Assembly (NCBI GenBank): GCA_010093705.1
Contig: MU006091.1
Location: forward strand, 1,302,001-1,366,000
Reading direction: 5' to 3'
Length of the DNA: 64,000 nt
DNA from: Patellaria atrata CBS 101060
Taxonomy: Eukaryota
The stretch's first letter is position 1. Every line of letters starts with the position of its first letter. A model generated the notes under the pieces. The model was given only the letters and a program-made list of their open reading frames with translations, did no database searches and was not told where the DNA came from. Shown piece after piece: positions 49,899-62,924 of this stretch. The position numbers were made by a program, and so were the translations under genes.

Positions 49899-50579
49899 TG
49901 TAACCTATAGATCATTGTACCATAAGGTAGAGAGCTGATGTAACTGAAGTCAAAATAGCATATTCGGGGGTTTACAATCTGGATATGGATTAATAAGAAT
50001 ACATTACCCACTTCGTTAGTATCTTACTACTACCTTAGGTTACTCCATAGTACCTTCCATTATGCCTTGGTGTTTTGTGATGAGCCACTACCTTATCCAA
50101 ACTATCCCTTCCATTACCTATGCAATTGACCAAATGACTACCTACAGCCGTTGGGGAAGGAGAGTCTGACACTCTGGGTGGGAATATGCCCTAAACCCGA
50201 TCAAGGTTCAATTTGCATCACGTGACAGCGCATTTATCGATCGGCCCTACTCGAAAGGCTGGAAATCGGACAGTTATCCTTTCGGTCTGGTGTTATATTG
50301 TTTGCAGTTCGATTTCATCGTGAACATTATTCTTTTCTTCATTAACGTTCGTTTTAACAACTATATCTTTCCCGTAAACATTATTTGCGTGCGGTGGCAA
50401 ATTGGGTCGATCGAATTTACGCGTTTGAAGAGGGATAGTCGCGATAGGGGCTCGTGCTTGTAAGAACTCCCGCACCTCAACGTGAGTCTCCTCCTTCTTT
50501 CTTCTCCCCTCGTATACCAAACATTGTCACACAATTCCCCCTCTATATTCTCATACATATTGTGTGTGTATTAGTAGAT

Positions 50580-53500
50580 ATGGCAAGGCCGAAAAGATCG
50601 GTAGCAAAGCAACCCTGTAAGATTGACCATCCCCTTCGATATGCCAATTCTTCACAGACAAGGCGCTCACCTGATTCATTACATCGCCCAAATGGAATAT
50701 ACGACTAACATTCACCCTCAAGCTGTAAAATCTACTCCACCCGCTAATCGGGGCCGACCTCCCAAGGCAACCACTTCTCTTACCGAAATTCCAAGTACTT
50801 CTGACCTCGATGAAGGCTCCGAAATAGAACTTCTCCCAACCTCCACCACGAGAACTACAAGATCAACATCGAAGAGCGTTCTACAAGGCGTGGTAATTCC
50901 CATCATGTCTTCCTCGAGCTCTAAGCTCCAATCGGAAGGCATTTTCAACGACGATACTCGAAACACCACTCCTAACTCATTTTTTGCGACGACCTCTCGC
51001 GACGCATCGACAGACTACGAGACCCCGAGAACAAGCATGTCTACAACACCAGCCATATCCAGCAAGGCCAAAGGAAAGGGCAAGGCAATTGAAATGCATG
51101 TCACCCTCGGCAAGCGTACGAGGTCCAGTCATGTGGTTATTGATTCGGACGAAGAGGACAAAGCTGAACTCAATTTTATCGAACGTGACGCTGAGTTCGC
51201 TCGAATGCTACAGCAAGAAGAATACGATGCGCAGCCAACCGAATCGGAACCTCGCAAGAAGCAAAAGACACGACACTTTCTTGTTGATGATTCGACTTCA
51301 CTGGATAAAGCCTCCATCGAAGATTCTGATGTTGCAGTAGCGGGAACATCATCATTCCAATGCTCTTCAAAAGCTACTGCAAGCACTTCCAGCTTTGTTC
51401 CAAAGACTCCAGCAAGTTCATTAGGACGAATGAAGCTTCTTACTCGAGGTGCAAGCTCCAAGGCTCGCAAGACGATTGAAGAATTGAGTAGCGAGTCCAG
51501 TGATCTATCCGATCCAGAAGACGCTTTTGAGCTAGAGGACACTTCTATGACGGAAGATTCAGATTCCGAAAGACAGACACCCCCTCCCGCAGCCTCTACC
51601 CCCAGTGTCGTAAACCCTACCATTCGTCGCAGACCACTTGGACAACGACGACGTCTCCCTCAGGATCATATCGAAATTCGTCGAGATATGCGTAAGAGGA
51701 AGGAACGTGCTAAGCTCGAAGCTTCTCATCCTCATATCAAGACTATGTGGCGAAATTTGGAAGCTGTCGCTATCATCAAACCCGTTCAAGCTCCTCAGCC
51801 GAAATCAATCAACCGCAAGCTCAAGTCTTTCCAGCTTGAAGGTCTAGATTGGATGATCAAGCAAGAGAAGACACAATACAAAGGTGGGCTTCTTGGTGAT
51901 GAAATGGGCATGGGAAAGACAATTCAAGCAGTCTCTCTAATCATGTCGGATTATCCCGCTCCGGAACCCACTCTTGTGGTTGTTCCTCCAGTCGCTCTTA
52001 TGCAATGGTCTAACGAAATTCGCGAATATACGGACGGCAAGCTCAACGTTTTGATCTATCACGGGACCAATTCCAAGGCAAAGTCCCTTAGTGTCGCGGC
52101 ACTTAGGAAGTACAACGTTATTATGATCTCGTACAATAGCCTTGAATCTCTCTATCGTAAGCAGAGCAAGGGTTGGGGCCGTGGTGACAAGATCATAAAG
52201 GAAGCATCACCAATGCATGCGATTGAGTTTCACCGTCTCATCCTCGATGAAGCTCATAGCATTAAGCAGCGTACTACAGGTGTTGCTAAAGCTTGTTTCG
52301 CTTTGAAGGGCAAGTACAAGTGGTGTTTGTCGGGAACGCCTGTACAGAATCGTATCGGAGAATTTTTCTCTCTTCTACGTTTTTTGGAAGTCCGTCCATT
52401 CGCCGATTACTTCTGCAAGCGTTGTGATTGCGCTCAATTGCATTGGTCTCTTGACGCAACGCATAGATGCTCTAGATGTAAACATAGTGGTGCTGAGCAT
52501 GTCTCCGTCTTCAACCAAGAGCTTCTCAATCCAATTACGGGTGATTCTACTACTCTGCGTGAGGCGGCGATGGAAAAGCTACATATGATCACTGCTCGCA
52601 TCATGTTGCGACGTTTGAAGAAGGATCATACTTCATCCATGGTTAGTGCATACTTTCTGTTCTTTGTATATGTCTTTCTAATCCTCTTCTTCCAGGAACT
52701 CCCACCAAAGGAGATCATCATTCATAAGGAATTCTTCGGAGAAATCGAGTTAGATTTTTCTACAAGCATCATGACAAACAGCACACGCCAGTTTGATACC
52801 TATGTCTCTCGTGGTGTCATGTTGAATAACTATGCCAATATCTTCGGTCTCATCATGCAAATGCGTCAAGTTGCAAATCACCCTGATCTTCTACTGAGGA
52901 AGAATGCAGATGGCGGTCAGAACATTCTTGTCTGCAATATCTGTGATGAACCTGCTGAAGAAGCCATCCGCTCTCGCTGCAAGCATGAGTTCTGTCGGTC
53001 TTGTATTAAGAACTATGTCCATGCTTGTGAAGCTGCTGGCAATAACCCGGATTGCCCGCGCTGCCATATTGTAAGTTCCTCGTCGTGATAGAGAAATAAC
53101 ACCTACTAATTTGTTACAGGCCCTTGCAATCGACTTCGACCAACCAGACATTGAACAAGATGAAGACATGGTCAAGAAGAGTTCCATCATCAACCGCATC
53201 AAAATGGGCGACTGGACCTCCTCCACCAAGATTGAAATGCTCATCTACGACCTCTACAAGCTCCGCAGCAAGAAACAAACACTCAAATCGATCGTCTTCT
53301 CCCAATTTACGTCGATGCTTCAACTTATCGAATGGCGTCTTCGCCGTGCCGGTTTCAACACCGTCATGCTCGACGGTACCATGTCGCCCGCTCAACGCCA
53401 GAAGTCCATCGAATACTTTATGAACAACACCGATGTGGAAGTCTTCCTCGTTTCACTTAAAGCTGGTGGTGTCGCACTTAACCTCACCGAGGCTTCGAGA

Positions 53501-53746
53501 GTCTTTATTGTGGATCCTTGGTGGAATCCGGCGGCTGAGTGGCAAAGCGCGGATCGTTGCCATCGTATTGGACAGAAGAGGCCTTGTGTTATCACGAGAT
53601 TATGTATTGAGGATAGCGTGGAGAGTAGGATGGTCTTGCTCCAGGAGAAGAAGGCCATGATGATCAATGGCACGATCAACAATGATAAGGTCGCTATGGA
53701 GAAGCTTACGCCTGAGGATCTGCAGTTTTTGTTCCGTGGAACTTAA
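50580..53746 (+). CDS. RAD16: Rad16 SNF2/RING ATPase (global-genome nucleotide excision repair); 4 exons
   Basis: [91 protein letters not shown]. First exon [12 protein letters not shown], with an intron at about 50617-50722. Confidence 0.94.
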
Positions 53747-54409
53747 GCTGCTCTTTATGGCTGTTATATTGGGTCTTGGTGTGCTTCACGGAGGCACAAG
53801 TAGACTTCATCGAGTTTCTCTACTATCAGGTGAATATGCCGGAATGGATTTCATGTGTCTCATGACGCGGTCTTAGGTTCCCTTCTTACGTATGGTATGG
53901 CGTCGGCCATAACCGGTGGTTTTCCGCTTTGCGGTGCTGAAGAAGGTATCTAGGCTTTTCAGAGCCATGGGTTGGTGATTGGGATAGAGGATATGGTGAA
54001 TTTTACATCGCAAAAGTTAAGCACTTATGTTGCTTGATCACGAGTACGAATAGCATGGCTTTCACGATAGGTAGTCGAGGATATAGGTATGAGAATACAG
54101 ATCAATATGTATTAGGTTTCGGATTGTGCTTGTGATTTTAACTCCCTGGACTCCATTTCTAAACTTATGCAGCGAATCCGACGTATTTACGATCTACCCA
54201 GCCGCCTCTTTCTATCCTTCATCCGCCTAGCTGAGATGGGAATATAGGGTACCAGCAACCACCGCTTCTCAACCATTTGCGGTATCTACTGTACCGTCCG
54301 TACCCTCTAAACCCCAAGCTGATCATTATCCATACCGTCCCCATCACAATCCCACAACTCCCCATCCATACCACCCGTACACTCCCACAACTCCCCCTCT
54401 ATAGCACCC

Positions 54410-55162
54410 TTACAATCTCACAAACCCTCGGCCCCCTTGTTCCCCCCGGGTGTCCATAGCATCCGTACCATCCGTACCCTCCACGCCCCCAGTACCCTCT
54501 ATATCCGCAGCATCGCAACCCAAACTCCCATCCTCAATCCAAGGGAAATCCCTCAGATCGTAAAATTCGATATCCTGTTCGATATCCTGTCCGATATCCC
54601 GGTCCCCAATAACCTCCATCCAGGGGTAATCCCTCAAATCCTCAAGTTGGATATCGACGGCATCTAAATCCCAGCCCTCCATATCTCTACCCGTGCCCGT
54701 ACCGACACTCCTCCGATCCACCGTACCACTACCAACATGAAGCTCCGCATCTCTACCGTGCTCCCCACCGGTCTCACCTGTCGTCGTATCAGGCTTAAGG
54801 TCCTGCAGTTCAATATCTTCAATGCACTCCTCCGTACCCTCGTCCGTACCCCACACCATCGCTATTGCGGCCCTCTCCCCAACCTCGTCGTGGTATGCCA
54901 CCCCTCCGTACACCCTCCGTGATCCCCGTACCTTCCCCGCTTTCCATGCCTGACGGGGAGCGTACACAGCGTACAGACACCACAGGCGGAGAGCCAGGAG
55001 TATGGCGATTGTGAGTACTATGGCGAGGAGGAGGAGGGCTACGAGGGCTAGGGGGTGGATAGGGTGTACGGATGGCGGTGAGGGGGGTTGGAAGGGGAGG
55101 AAGGTTTGGACGGGTTTTGTGGAGGGGGAGGGGATGAGGGGGATCTGGGTGGGTGCTGGCAT
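54410..55162 (-). CDS. Hypothetical single-pass membrane protein with an acidic repeat tail
   Basis: 250-aa ORF: Pro-rich N-terminus, hydrophobic LALVALLLLAIVLTIAILLALRLWCLYAVY, basic juxtamembrane stretch, Asp/Glu-rich tail. Confidence 0.55.
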   Translation of the reverse strand: MPAPTQIPLIPSPSTKPVQTFLPFQPPSPPSVHPIHPLALVALLLLAIVLTIAILLALRLWCLYAVYAPRQAWKAGKVRGSRRVYGGVAYHDEVGERAAIAMVWGTDEGTEECIEDIELQDLKPDTTTGETGGEHGRDAELHVGSGTVDRRSVGTGTGRDMEGWDLDAVDIQLEDLRDYPWMEVIGDRDIGQDIEQDIEFYDLRDFPWIEDGSLGCDAADIEGTGGVEGTDGTDAMDTRGEQGGRGFVRL

Positions 55163-56545
55163 TATTGGACTGTGGTATTGATGTTTTGATTTGTTTGATT
55201 TGAAAGGTGAGAATGGTTTATTTCGGAGAAAGAAGTTGAGCAGAAAAGAAGAGAAGTTGGGAATGAGAAAGTCGGATGGAGTATATAAGCCTTGTGCGAA
55301 TTCAGATTTTAACTGCCTTCAACGAGGGAGTTTAGGTGGTACGCTATCTCTCTCGTGGGACTATTGTATTAAGGATATGACTGATACCAAATTTCCCACG
55401 TCGAAGAAAAAAAATCATCCGGTTTAATAAGAGGATCTGTTTTTCTGGCACCGTATCCTCTCCACCCCAACTTTAAACTATCTCTGAGCCTTGGGTACGG
55501 GATAAGAAAACTTACACGCCAACTCGCAGCCGTACATATAACCAAATTATATGGATTAGTCTACCGTACATTTCCCCTATAAACTGTATCTACTCTCACG
55601 ATATCCAAGGAAAGAAGACTTACGGTGGATGTGTAGCTGTACGCGACTCTCACCTATACATGCAAGAGATTCCTTCGTATTATGGTTCAAAGAGCCTGAC
55701 AGTAGACCATATTCAAGCGTACGGAGGCTAGAGAAGCATATCGTAACAGAGCAAATGATGGATACTGAAGGACAAAAAAGAACGTAAGGAGAGGAGATGG
55801 AAATAGACTCGTCGTGGGCCGTATACGTTATCATGGCAAATCTTTTTATGATCATTAGCCCTGAAAGGTCAATTGGAAAGGTATTTCCTTGATACTGCGT
55901 ATTAAAAGCGAGCCTTTTCTGTATCAGTGATACGGTGCGCAAGATTGTTGTTTTGAAGGATAACTGCGGTTGTGGAATTTACAGGGCAATCCTTCAGCCG
56001 AGATCCTCAGACGATCACCATCACGTGAAATATACGATCCAGGAACCCTTACGGACGTAACTTATGACAAAACATGGATGTCGAATGAGTACACAATACT
56101 CGCTATAGTTATCCCCTATAAAATCTATTCCTACCAATGCAGACCGAAAAATCCATCAGCTATCCCTAAAAACCCTGATATCTCTCAAAATGCAGCAACA
56201 ACATACACGCACTAATCAGACAATAACCCCCACACGACGTTCCTTCCTTTCATCACAATTACAATATACTCCAACATTAAAATTGAGCTTTTTATCATCT
56301 TTCGCCGTAGAACCCCGTATATCCCATGCCGTGATAGGTAAGGTATTATAACCATCTCCGCTACAGTAGGTACGTAGGAGTGGTCCATAAACATATATCC
56401 AAAGAAGCAGATATTTCCCATTTTGTGAAGGTCAAAATGAGAGTAACGCCATGTGGTACGCCGGAAAATGCTCATCAACGCTCATAAGGTTAGGGGAAAA
56501 AAAAATTTGAGTATTAAAAAGGGTTGTGAGTAATGCGACATAGAA

Positions 56546-57734
56546 TTACACCTCATGCCGATCTTTAAGTTCATAATCGTCCACTTTGGCTGAAGAAGGA
56601 ATTAGGGTATAATAGATGCGGTGTGTTAGATTCCTTAAGGTCGGAACTCGTCTTCGGGGGTGACCCTTGGTATTGTTCGAGATAATGTGACGGTAGACCC
56701 AGTAGATACCAAAGATGACAGTGAATCCGACGACAAAACCCACGAATGTGACAAAGATCCAGTGTTTTGCAAGCCATAGAATCAGTTGTACGTCGTTTTG
56801 GTGCCAGCTGTTGCCAAGATGATGTGTGAAAAAGCTCCATGGATGGTGATTGTACTCATCAGGGAAGAGAACGCGGATACGATCCATTTCCACTGGACCT
56901 TCCGAGTTGTAGTGACGCCACATTACGCTGAGGAAAAGGGGACCAGTCGAACCCATCACTGTGATGTACGGGAGAATCCAGCTGCGGTCATATCGAGGCA
57001 GCGCATCGATTACACGGAGAAAGAACTTGTGTCTGGGGACTGATCCCATCGCGTCGTTGGAAATACCGGTCGGGACAGTACGGCGCACCCACGCCGGGTA
57101 GGAAAGGAGAGGGTCGAGACGGCGATTGCACCCCTGTTCCACGCGTTAGCCGCGCGTACTTGAGAAATAAATGGTAAAAGCTTACATCGTCTAGATCGAT
57201 ATATATACCTCCAAAATGCGCAAGGACGAAGTATCGAATGGAATCGGCGCGTTGGATGGGGAATTCATACGCATCGAAGGTTTCGAGGAACCAAGGATAT
57301 CTGCGCCTCTGTCAGTTTTGGTCCCGTAATACCACATATTGGGGAATTGGAAAACTTACTCAGCAGCAATGAATTCGCGCGAAGATTTATCAGTCCATAA
57401 CTATTGATATTGTCTTAGCATGTTGTTCGTGTGACGATGGTTTATCGAAGCTTACCTTGTACTCATAGTCGGAATGGAGATCAATGCAGCTCTGTTGCGC
57501 CTCTTGCCACACCTCGGGTATGCTCGAGTTCTTGTATGTCTGATGAATGATCTTGGGAATCAACTGTGGTCTTTCCGATACCAGTGCAGAGTTCGGGGCG
57601 GGCAGTTCAGCGCGGGAAATGGCATCCTCAGAGCCATCGACAAAGAGTAGCGTTATCAGGGTCCATACGCTGTGCACGAGGAAGCCAATGATGGCAATAT
57701 TGATAATGAGGAAGATGAGGATACTTTTCCGCAT
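56546..57734 (-). CDS. SUR1: Mannosylinositol phosphorylceramide synthase (GT32, Sur1/Csh1); 4 exons
   Basis: Signal anchor; IPKIIHQTYK; PIQRADSIRYFVLAHFGGIYIDLD (DxD); PTGISND; PYITVMGSTGPLFLS; GNSWH; C-terminal TM helix. Confidence 0.92.
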
Positions 57735-58195
57735 GATGAAGAGAGATTTGGAGGATTATAGGTATGGTTAGAGAGTAGATATTGGAGGTAACAGAGCGGA
57801 GGAGGTAGGTGTTCCAGGAGGGTGACTGTGCGACAGGTCGTAGTAGAGTTAAGGCATGGAGATATGCATAGGTAGAAGCAAAAGCTGAAGGAAAGTGGTT
57901 TTAACGGTTAGGTGAAGCTTTCTTCTGGATCTAAAAGGAGTGTGTGGAAGAGAAATTAAAAAGGTTGGAAGCACAGCTTTTTGCATGTCAGTCGAGATTG
58001 AAGGAGTCGAATGGAAGGATATGGGATGTAAGGGCTGTCTGTTAGCGATCGTCCTGAGGGTGGTCCGCCAGTTGGTAGAGAGCTAGAGTAACCTCTTCGG
58101 GGTAAGCACGCGAAATTAAGCACAGCCCCTTCAGATAGCCCCAAGGCCCCCGCCCACGACGCCTTAAAGCCCCAATTCAACGGGCTCTAGACACC

Positions 58196-58267
58196 CCCTC
58201 AATGCCCTCAATGCCCTCAATGCCCTCAATGCCCTCAATGCCCTCAATGCCCTCAATGCCCTCAATG
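58196..58267 (+). repeat. (CCCTCAATG)8 perfect 9-bp tandem repeat upstream of SUR1
   Basis: Eight exact units. Confidence 0.97.
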
Positions 58268-59184
58268 CACCTAGTGCCCCCTTCAACACCCTCAAAAGGC
58301 CCTTGAAAGGACAGGCTTTTTGGGCAACCAGTTTTGCAACGACAACCGAAGCACTTCGAAACCAATCGCCAATACTTCAGTCAACCAGCGACAATCGTAT
58401 GGCATCTAGCTGGCTAGAAGAAAAGAATCCCCGCGCCGTAAAATAGCACCCCAATTGTACAGTCTGGAAGGATTACGTGGGACGGTGAAAACCGACAAGA
58501 TCTTCTCCGTACCCATCGCGTCCAATTTTGTACGACCCGAACTCCGTCTCACCCTCTGTCCGCTCATATAGTACTTCTACCAAATCGACAGCATACAACA
58601 TGCAGCATACAGCATATAGCACGGATGGATTTAGAACGTGGAATTCCTACGCACGTAGTCCCCCAGATAACATTGCATATTGACACTTTTGACAGTTGAC
58701 ACATGCCCACCTACGCCGTCGCTGAATCGGCCTCAATTGGTTCTGCACGATGACGGGATTTCAATCTATCAAGCGTCCTCGCCTCTCGCACACTTTACCT
58801 ATTCACGCATGCCGTGCATGTTATCCCGCTTAAGCTTAACCATCACGATCTTGTCAATCACCTCGCATCTATGGCTGTAAGTGGTCAATTGGGCAGCAGT
58901 CCCGGAGAGTCAATTGCGGAAGATGTCATCCTATCTCAAGGAACCAGACGCATTTCTTAGCCTTGGATCTCAACAGCCCGTCCTATTTCTGCTTCACGGC
59001 GATGAGGGGGACAATTCCACAGTTGCACCGTCCCATAGGCATTGTTGCCCGCAAGAGGCATCATGGCAATGTTGAATCGTATTTTAAGTATCCAGTTGTC
59101 TTCCTAAGAGCAAAGACAAGAACATACATGCTCTCAGAAAGTGGATATCAAACTTGATTCGAGCAGCAGGAGACTCCACCAGCT

Positions 59185-59762
59185 CTACCCCGCATTCCCT
59201 CTCCTTCGAAAGACATAAGGCTTGAAGTATTTCTGATATTGTTCAAGATCAAAGGCTTCCATCTACCAGCTCTCTACTCTCAGCAAAATGCACGGCAGCC
59301 ACTCAAGGTTGTCACATCTTTCAGTTCCGCTTCACATTCGCACCAGGTATAGACCGAAGTTTCATACTGCGCAAGTCGACGAAAATGCGCTTCCGAAGAG
59401 TAGTACCACACAGTTCCCTCCACTTTCCCGGCGACGTCCTTGATCAATGCATGATAGATGCTCCACATCTTCATCGAGAATCCCTCTAGCATCCCTCTTT
59501 GAGCAATGGGCGTTTTTGATAGCTTGAGAATAGCTTGAAGGACTTCTGTATCCATTGGAGAACCGTAGAAGAACATATGGCATGGCTCGAAACGCCGTTC
59601 GGTGTGATCTTGTTTGTCCACTGAGGCCGCTCTATTCATGACAGCGTTCAATCGAAAAGAGCCTTCAGTATGTGCCGGAGAGGTGGCAGGAACCGTAGCT
59701 GTGGGGAGAGATGGTGGTATAGTCTGGCTTGACATCTCTTCGATTTGTTTCCCTTCGCTCAT
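59185..59762 (-). pseudogene. Gamma-glutamylcyclotransferase/AIG2-like gene, frameshifted near the 3' end
   Basis: GGCT-type motifs MFFYGSPMD, VEGTVW and RLAQYET. The ORF stops at RAFC-TGA, but family-like sequence continues in shifted frames (ESRELVDGS, then FDLEQYQKYFKP) to a TAG at 59185. Confidence 0.65.
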
Positions 59763-60507
59763 AGCAGTATTATTTGTCCATCGAGGCTATTTCGGAGATG
59801 TGTAGTAAGGGTAAGGGTTGGACTCTTTTTTGGAGGAGGGGAGACTCTTTATCCTACGGCTGAGACATTGATGAGTGACTCAGGTAGCAAACTTGACATA
59901 TTGGTAGTACGGTATATGTTTCACATCAGACTTCAGAGTCGCGGTAAAGTCACAATCTAGAATCTAGGGAAACGTCGTCAAACCTTTTCGGTGTGTACAT
60001 CGCTATGACTTTGCCAAAAGTTTAAATTCGTTTTACAAGGTCGCGTACAGACCTCTAGGGACTACCCTTTAGTATATTTTACGTTAACCATATGTGCTGT
60101 TCGGAGAACATAGCTAGTACTCTGTACTGTACTGTACATGGAAGACAGCTAGAGGGAGGAGGGCCGTACATCATGAGCGTTCTTCATAAATTCAAATTCA
60201 CATTCGTATCTAAATCATCAGATCTCAAGGCTACCTTACCGTACCTGAATTTGCAGAAGTACCTTAGATTTACTGGTGTCCACTAGTCAAAGCACGACGG
60301 GAGTAAGAAGATCGGCATTGCCACTTTAGGCTAGATGGAACCTCGAGAACGCTTGGCGTAGAACCAAATTATGTCCACGTTTGACTTTCCGCCAAAATAT
60401 ATACAACCACTCCAGTGCTTTAAACAACCTGAGAACACAACCATTTCCTACAGCCCTCTACCCGCTTCGAATTTCAGCGCAACAAGAGCAAAAGAACCTC
60501 GTTCATC

Positions 60508-61116
60508 ATGGCAGCAGAGGACACATTCACCCTCCTCCCCCTCCACCTCGATCCCGCCAGCAAAGCCATCACATCGACCGGTCCCACAGACAACGAACTG
60601 CAAGCCGAACTGACCCAACTCAACCAACTGCACCGCGCGCTCCTCACCCTTGACAACCCTGGCGGCGTCCCTCCACCACCCCTACCGGTCAACCCCAAGC
60701 GCGGCGCCCAAGTCGCCAAGCTACGAGACACGGGCAACACTGCCTTCCGCAAAGCCCAATATGCCGACGCCATACGGATCTACAGTCTCGCGATCGATAT
60801 GGCTCTGGGACGGCCCGGGTGGGAGCCCGCAGGCCTCGTGAGGGATGAGGTATCCGGCTTGTATGCGAACAGGGCACAGGCGTATATGGGAATGCAGGCA
60901 TGGGCGGAGGGCGCGGTGGATGCGGAGTGTAGCGTTGAGATTAGGAAGGTGGGGAACGCGAAAGCGTGGTGGAGGAGGGGGAGGTGTTTGGTGGAGATGG
61001 GCAGATTGGATGAGGCGAAGGGTTGGGTTGATAGGGCGTTGGAGTTTGATGGGGGTGAGCAGGATCTTGTTGCGCTGAGGAAGGAGATTCAGGCGGCGTT
61101 GGAGAGGAAGAAGTGA
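60508..61116 (+). CDS. SEC72: Sec72 TPR subunit of the Sec62/63 translocation complex
   Basis: LNQLHRALL, VPPPPLPVNPKR, LRDTGN, RPGWEP, YANRAQAY, DAECSV and KAWWRRGRCL. Confidence 0.92.
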   Translation: MAAEDTFTLLPLHLDPASKAITSTGPTDNELQAELTQLNQLHRALLTLDNPGGVPPPPLPVNPKRGAQVAKLRDTGNTAFRKAQYADAIRIYSLAIDMALGRPGWEPAGLVRDEVSGLYANRAQAYMGMQAWAEGAVDAECSVEIRKVGNAKAWWRRGRCLVEMGRLDEAKGWVDRALEFDGGEQDLVALRKEIQAALERKK

Positions 61117-61893
61117 GGGTAGATGGTGATGGGTTTCTCTTTGCATTGCAGGGCGTTTGGGACATGGGAAGTGGGTTGGCCACGCTGTACATTGAGAGCA
61201 TGCTTACTGTTGCTCGTGTCGTGCTACCTGCATGGAGTCAGAGAGCAATTCCAAAGAAGCGTCAGTATTCTAAGGCTCCGATTTGAATTATCTTCTAGTA
61301 CTTCGTTCTTCAGCCTCCACATAGCACAGGTTGCGAAAGAGACAAACTTGAGCAACGTTTTCAATCTGAACTCAAAATACAGTGTCGCAATTAGCTCTAT
61401 CGCGACTACCTCTACTGCAAGGAGATGAATTTACCCTACGTAAAATTTGAAAATGACCTTGAATCTCCTTCCACTAATAGTAGAAATAATCAGAACCAAA
61501 AGCACGGGAAAATGATCGTCACTCGCTAGACGCGGGCGGGACTGACCCCCTGGCGCCGGTTTAGCGGTCTATTCTTAGACAAGGCTCATCCGGGTCATCC
61601 CAAAATTTCGGCGTAACAACCGTGACAACCGGGTGACAAAAACAACAAGCTTCCGCTGCGCCTCGAGTTTGAGGCTGAAGAACAAACTTCTTGTGAATCA
61701 GTTTTCTTTTGACGCCTGGAGCGCTGCTTTCTTCATCTCATAGAATTCTTACTTCATTGCACATCTACCAAGTTTCTTTCCGTGTGCCCTAATTGTTCAT
61801 CAGTTTTAATTGAGGTTGAAGCTTCAACGATCCCGTCTTTGTTTGTTTGTCAGGCTCTGGTGATATCCAACGCACACGCATACGCCCGCCAGG

Positions 61894-62924
61894 ATGAGGA
61901 TACCCACGGGGTACATACAGCGGGTCAAAACCGTCTTCCACATCATACAAGCTCTGTTGATCTTCATCGCGGCCTGCATCACGATCGCCGTCCTCACGAA
62001 GAAGGGGGAGACGGATGGCAGGACGAAATATTTCTTCGCTCTGGTAAACCCCCTGCACCCTTCACCCACCGTAGCTCCCCAGCTTAACGATGGAATGATA
62101 GTGCTTCCTGAGCATCCCGGCTCTGATATACCAAACCATGGTCCCGATATACACTCGCGCCGCCAAATTCGTCAACGCCTACGCGTTCGCCGCGGTCGAT
62201 ATCCTGTATACCGTACGCCTCATCCACACAACCCACACAGAGCCCAAACTCGGAGAACAGTCACGCTAACACATGAGTACAGATCTTCTGGTTCTCCGCC
62301 TTCGTAGCCGTGGCGACGTGGAACTCAGCCGGCATCCGCCAAGGCGCCCGCGACGCCAAAATCGACGAAGGCGACGGCAACTGCACGACCTTCGCGTACG
62401 GCGAGGAGAGCAAATGCAACCTCAGCAAGACGACGGTCGGATTCGGCGTCGTGATCTTGTACCTACCCCTTTCCTTCCCTCCCCTATCTCCCCCTGACCC
62501 CAAGCACTAACAACCCCCCAGCATATTCTTCCTCCTCACAACATCCATTTCCTCCTACTCCCTCCTCAAATTCCGCAAAGAAGGTTTCATCCCCGGCATC
62601 TCCTCCGCCACGACCCCGCATCCCACGCCCGCGGGCATCGAGGCGCAGACTAAAGACGCCTGGTCGGCGGACACGCACGAGGACGCCGAGTTCGACGACG
62701 GACGGCCCGAGCGCAGCGGTCGCCATGAGGAGGACGAGTATGCGCTTCTGCATAATGATGAGGAGGCGCACCCGGCGCGGCCGTTGAGTTGGGGGGAGGA
62801 TAGACGCGGGGGGAGTTATGCGTATGGGGATGTGAGGAGGGTTGGTGTGAGGGTGAATGAGGGGGAGGGAGATGGAGGGTATGATGAGTATAAGAAGAAT
62901 TATAGTTTTTCGGGACAGAGGTAG
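61894..62924 (+). CDS. MARVEL-like four-TM membrane protein; 4 exons
   Basis: Hydrophobic exons FHIIQALLIFIAACITIAV, ANAYAFAAVDILY-like, FWFSAFVAVATWN and KTTVGFGVVI/IFFLLT; paired Cys in a loop; acidic tail ending SGQR. Confidence 0.75.

Noticed and set aside
50623..50722. ORF-track N-terminus of Rad16 (MTIPFDMP..)
   Set aside because: It lies within a predicted intron; the upstream ATG at 50580 with a GTAAGA donor is the better start.
25896..53746. Two SNF2-family ATPases (INO80, RAD16) as a functional cluster or duplication
   Set aside because: They belong to distinct ancient subfamilies, lie about 20 kb apart and have unrelated genes between them.
58177..58365. ORF with (IEG)n repeats
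   Set aside because: It is simply the translation of the 9-bp tandem repeat; there is no other coding signal.
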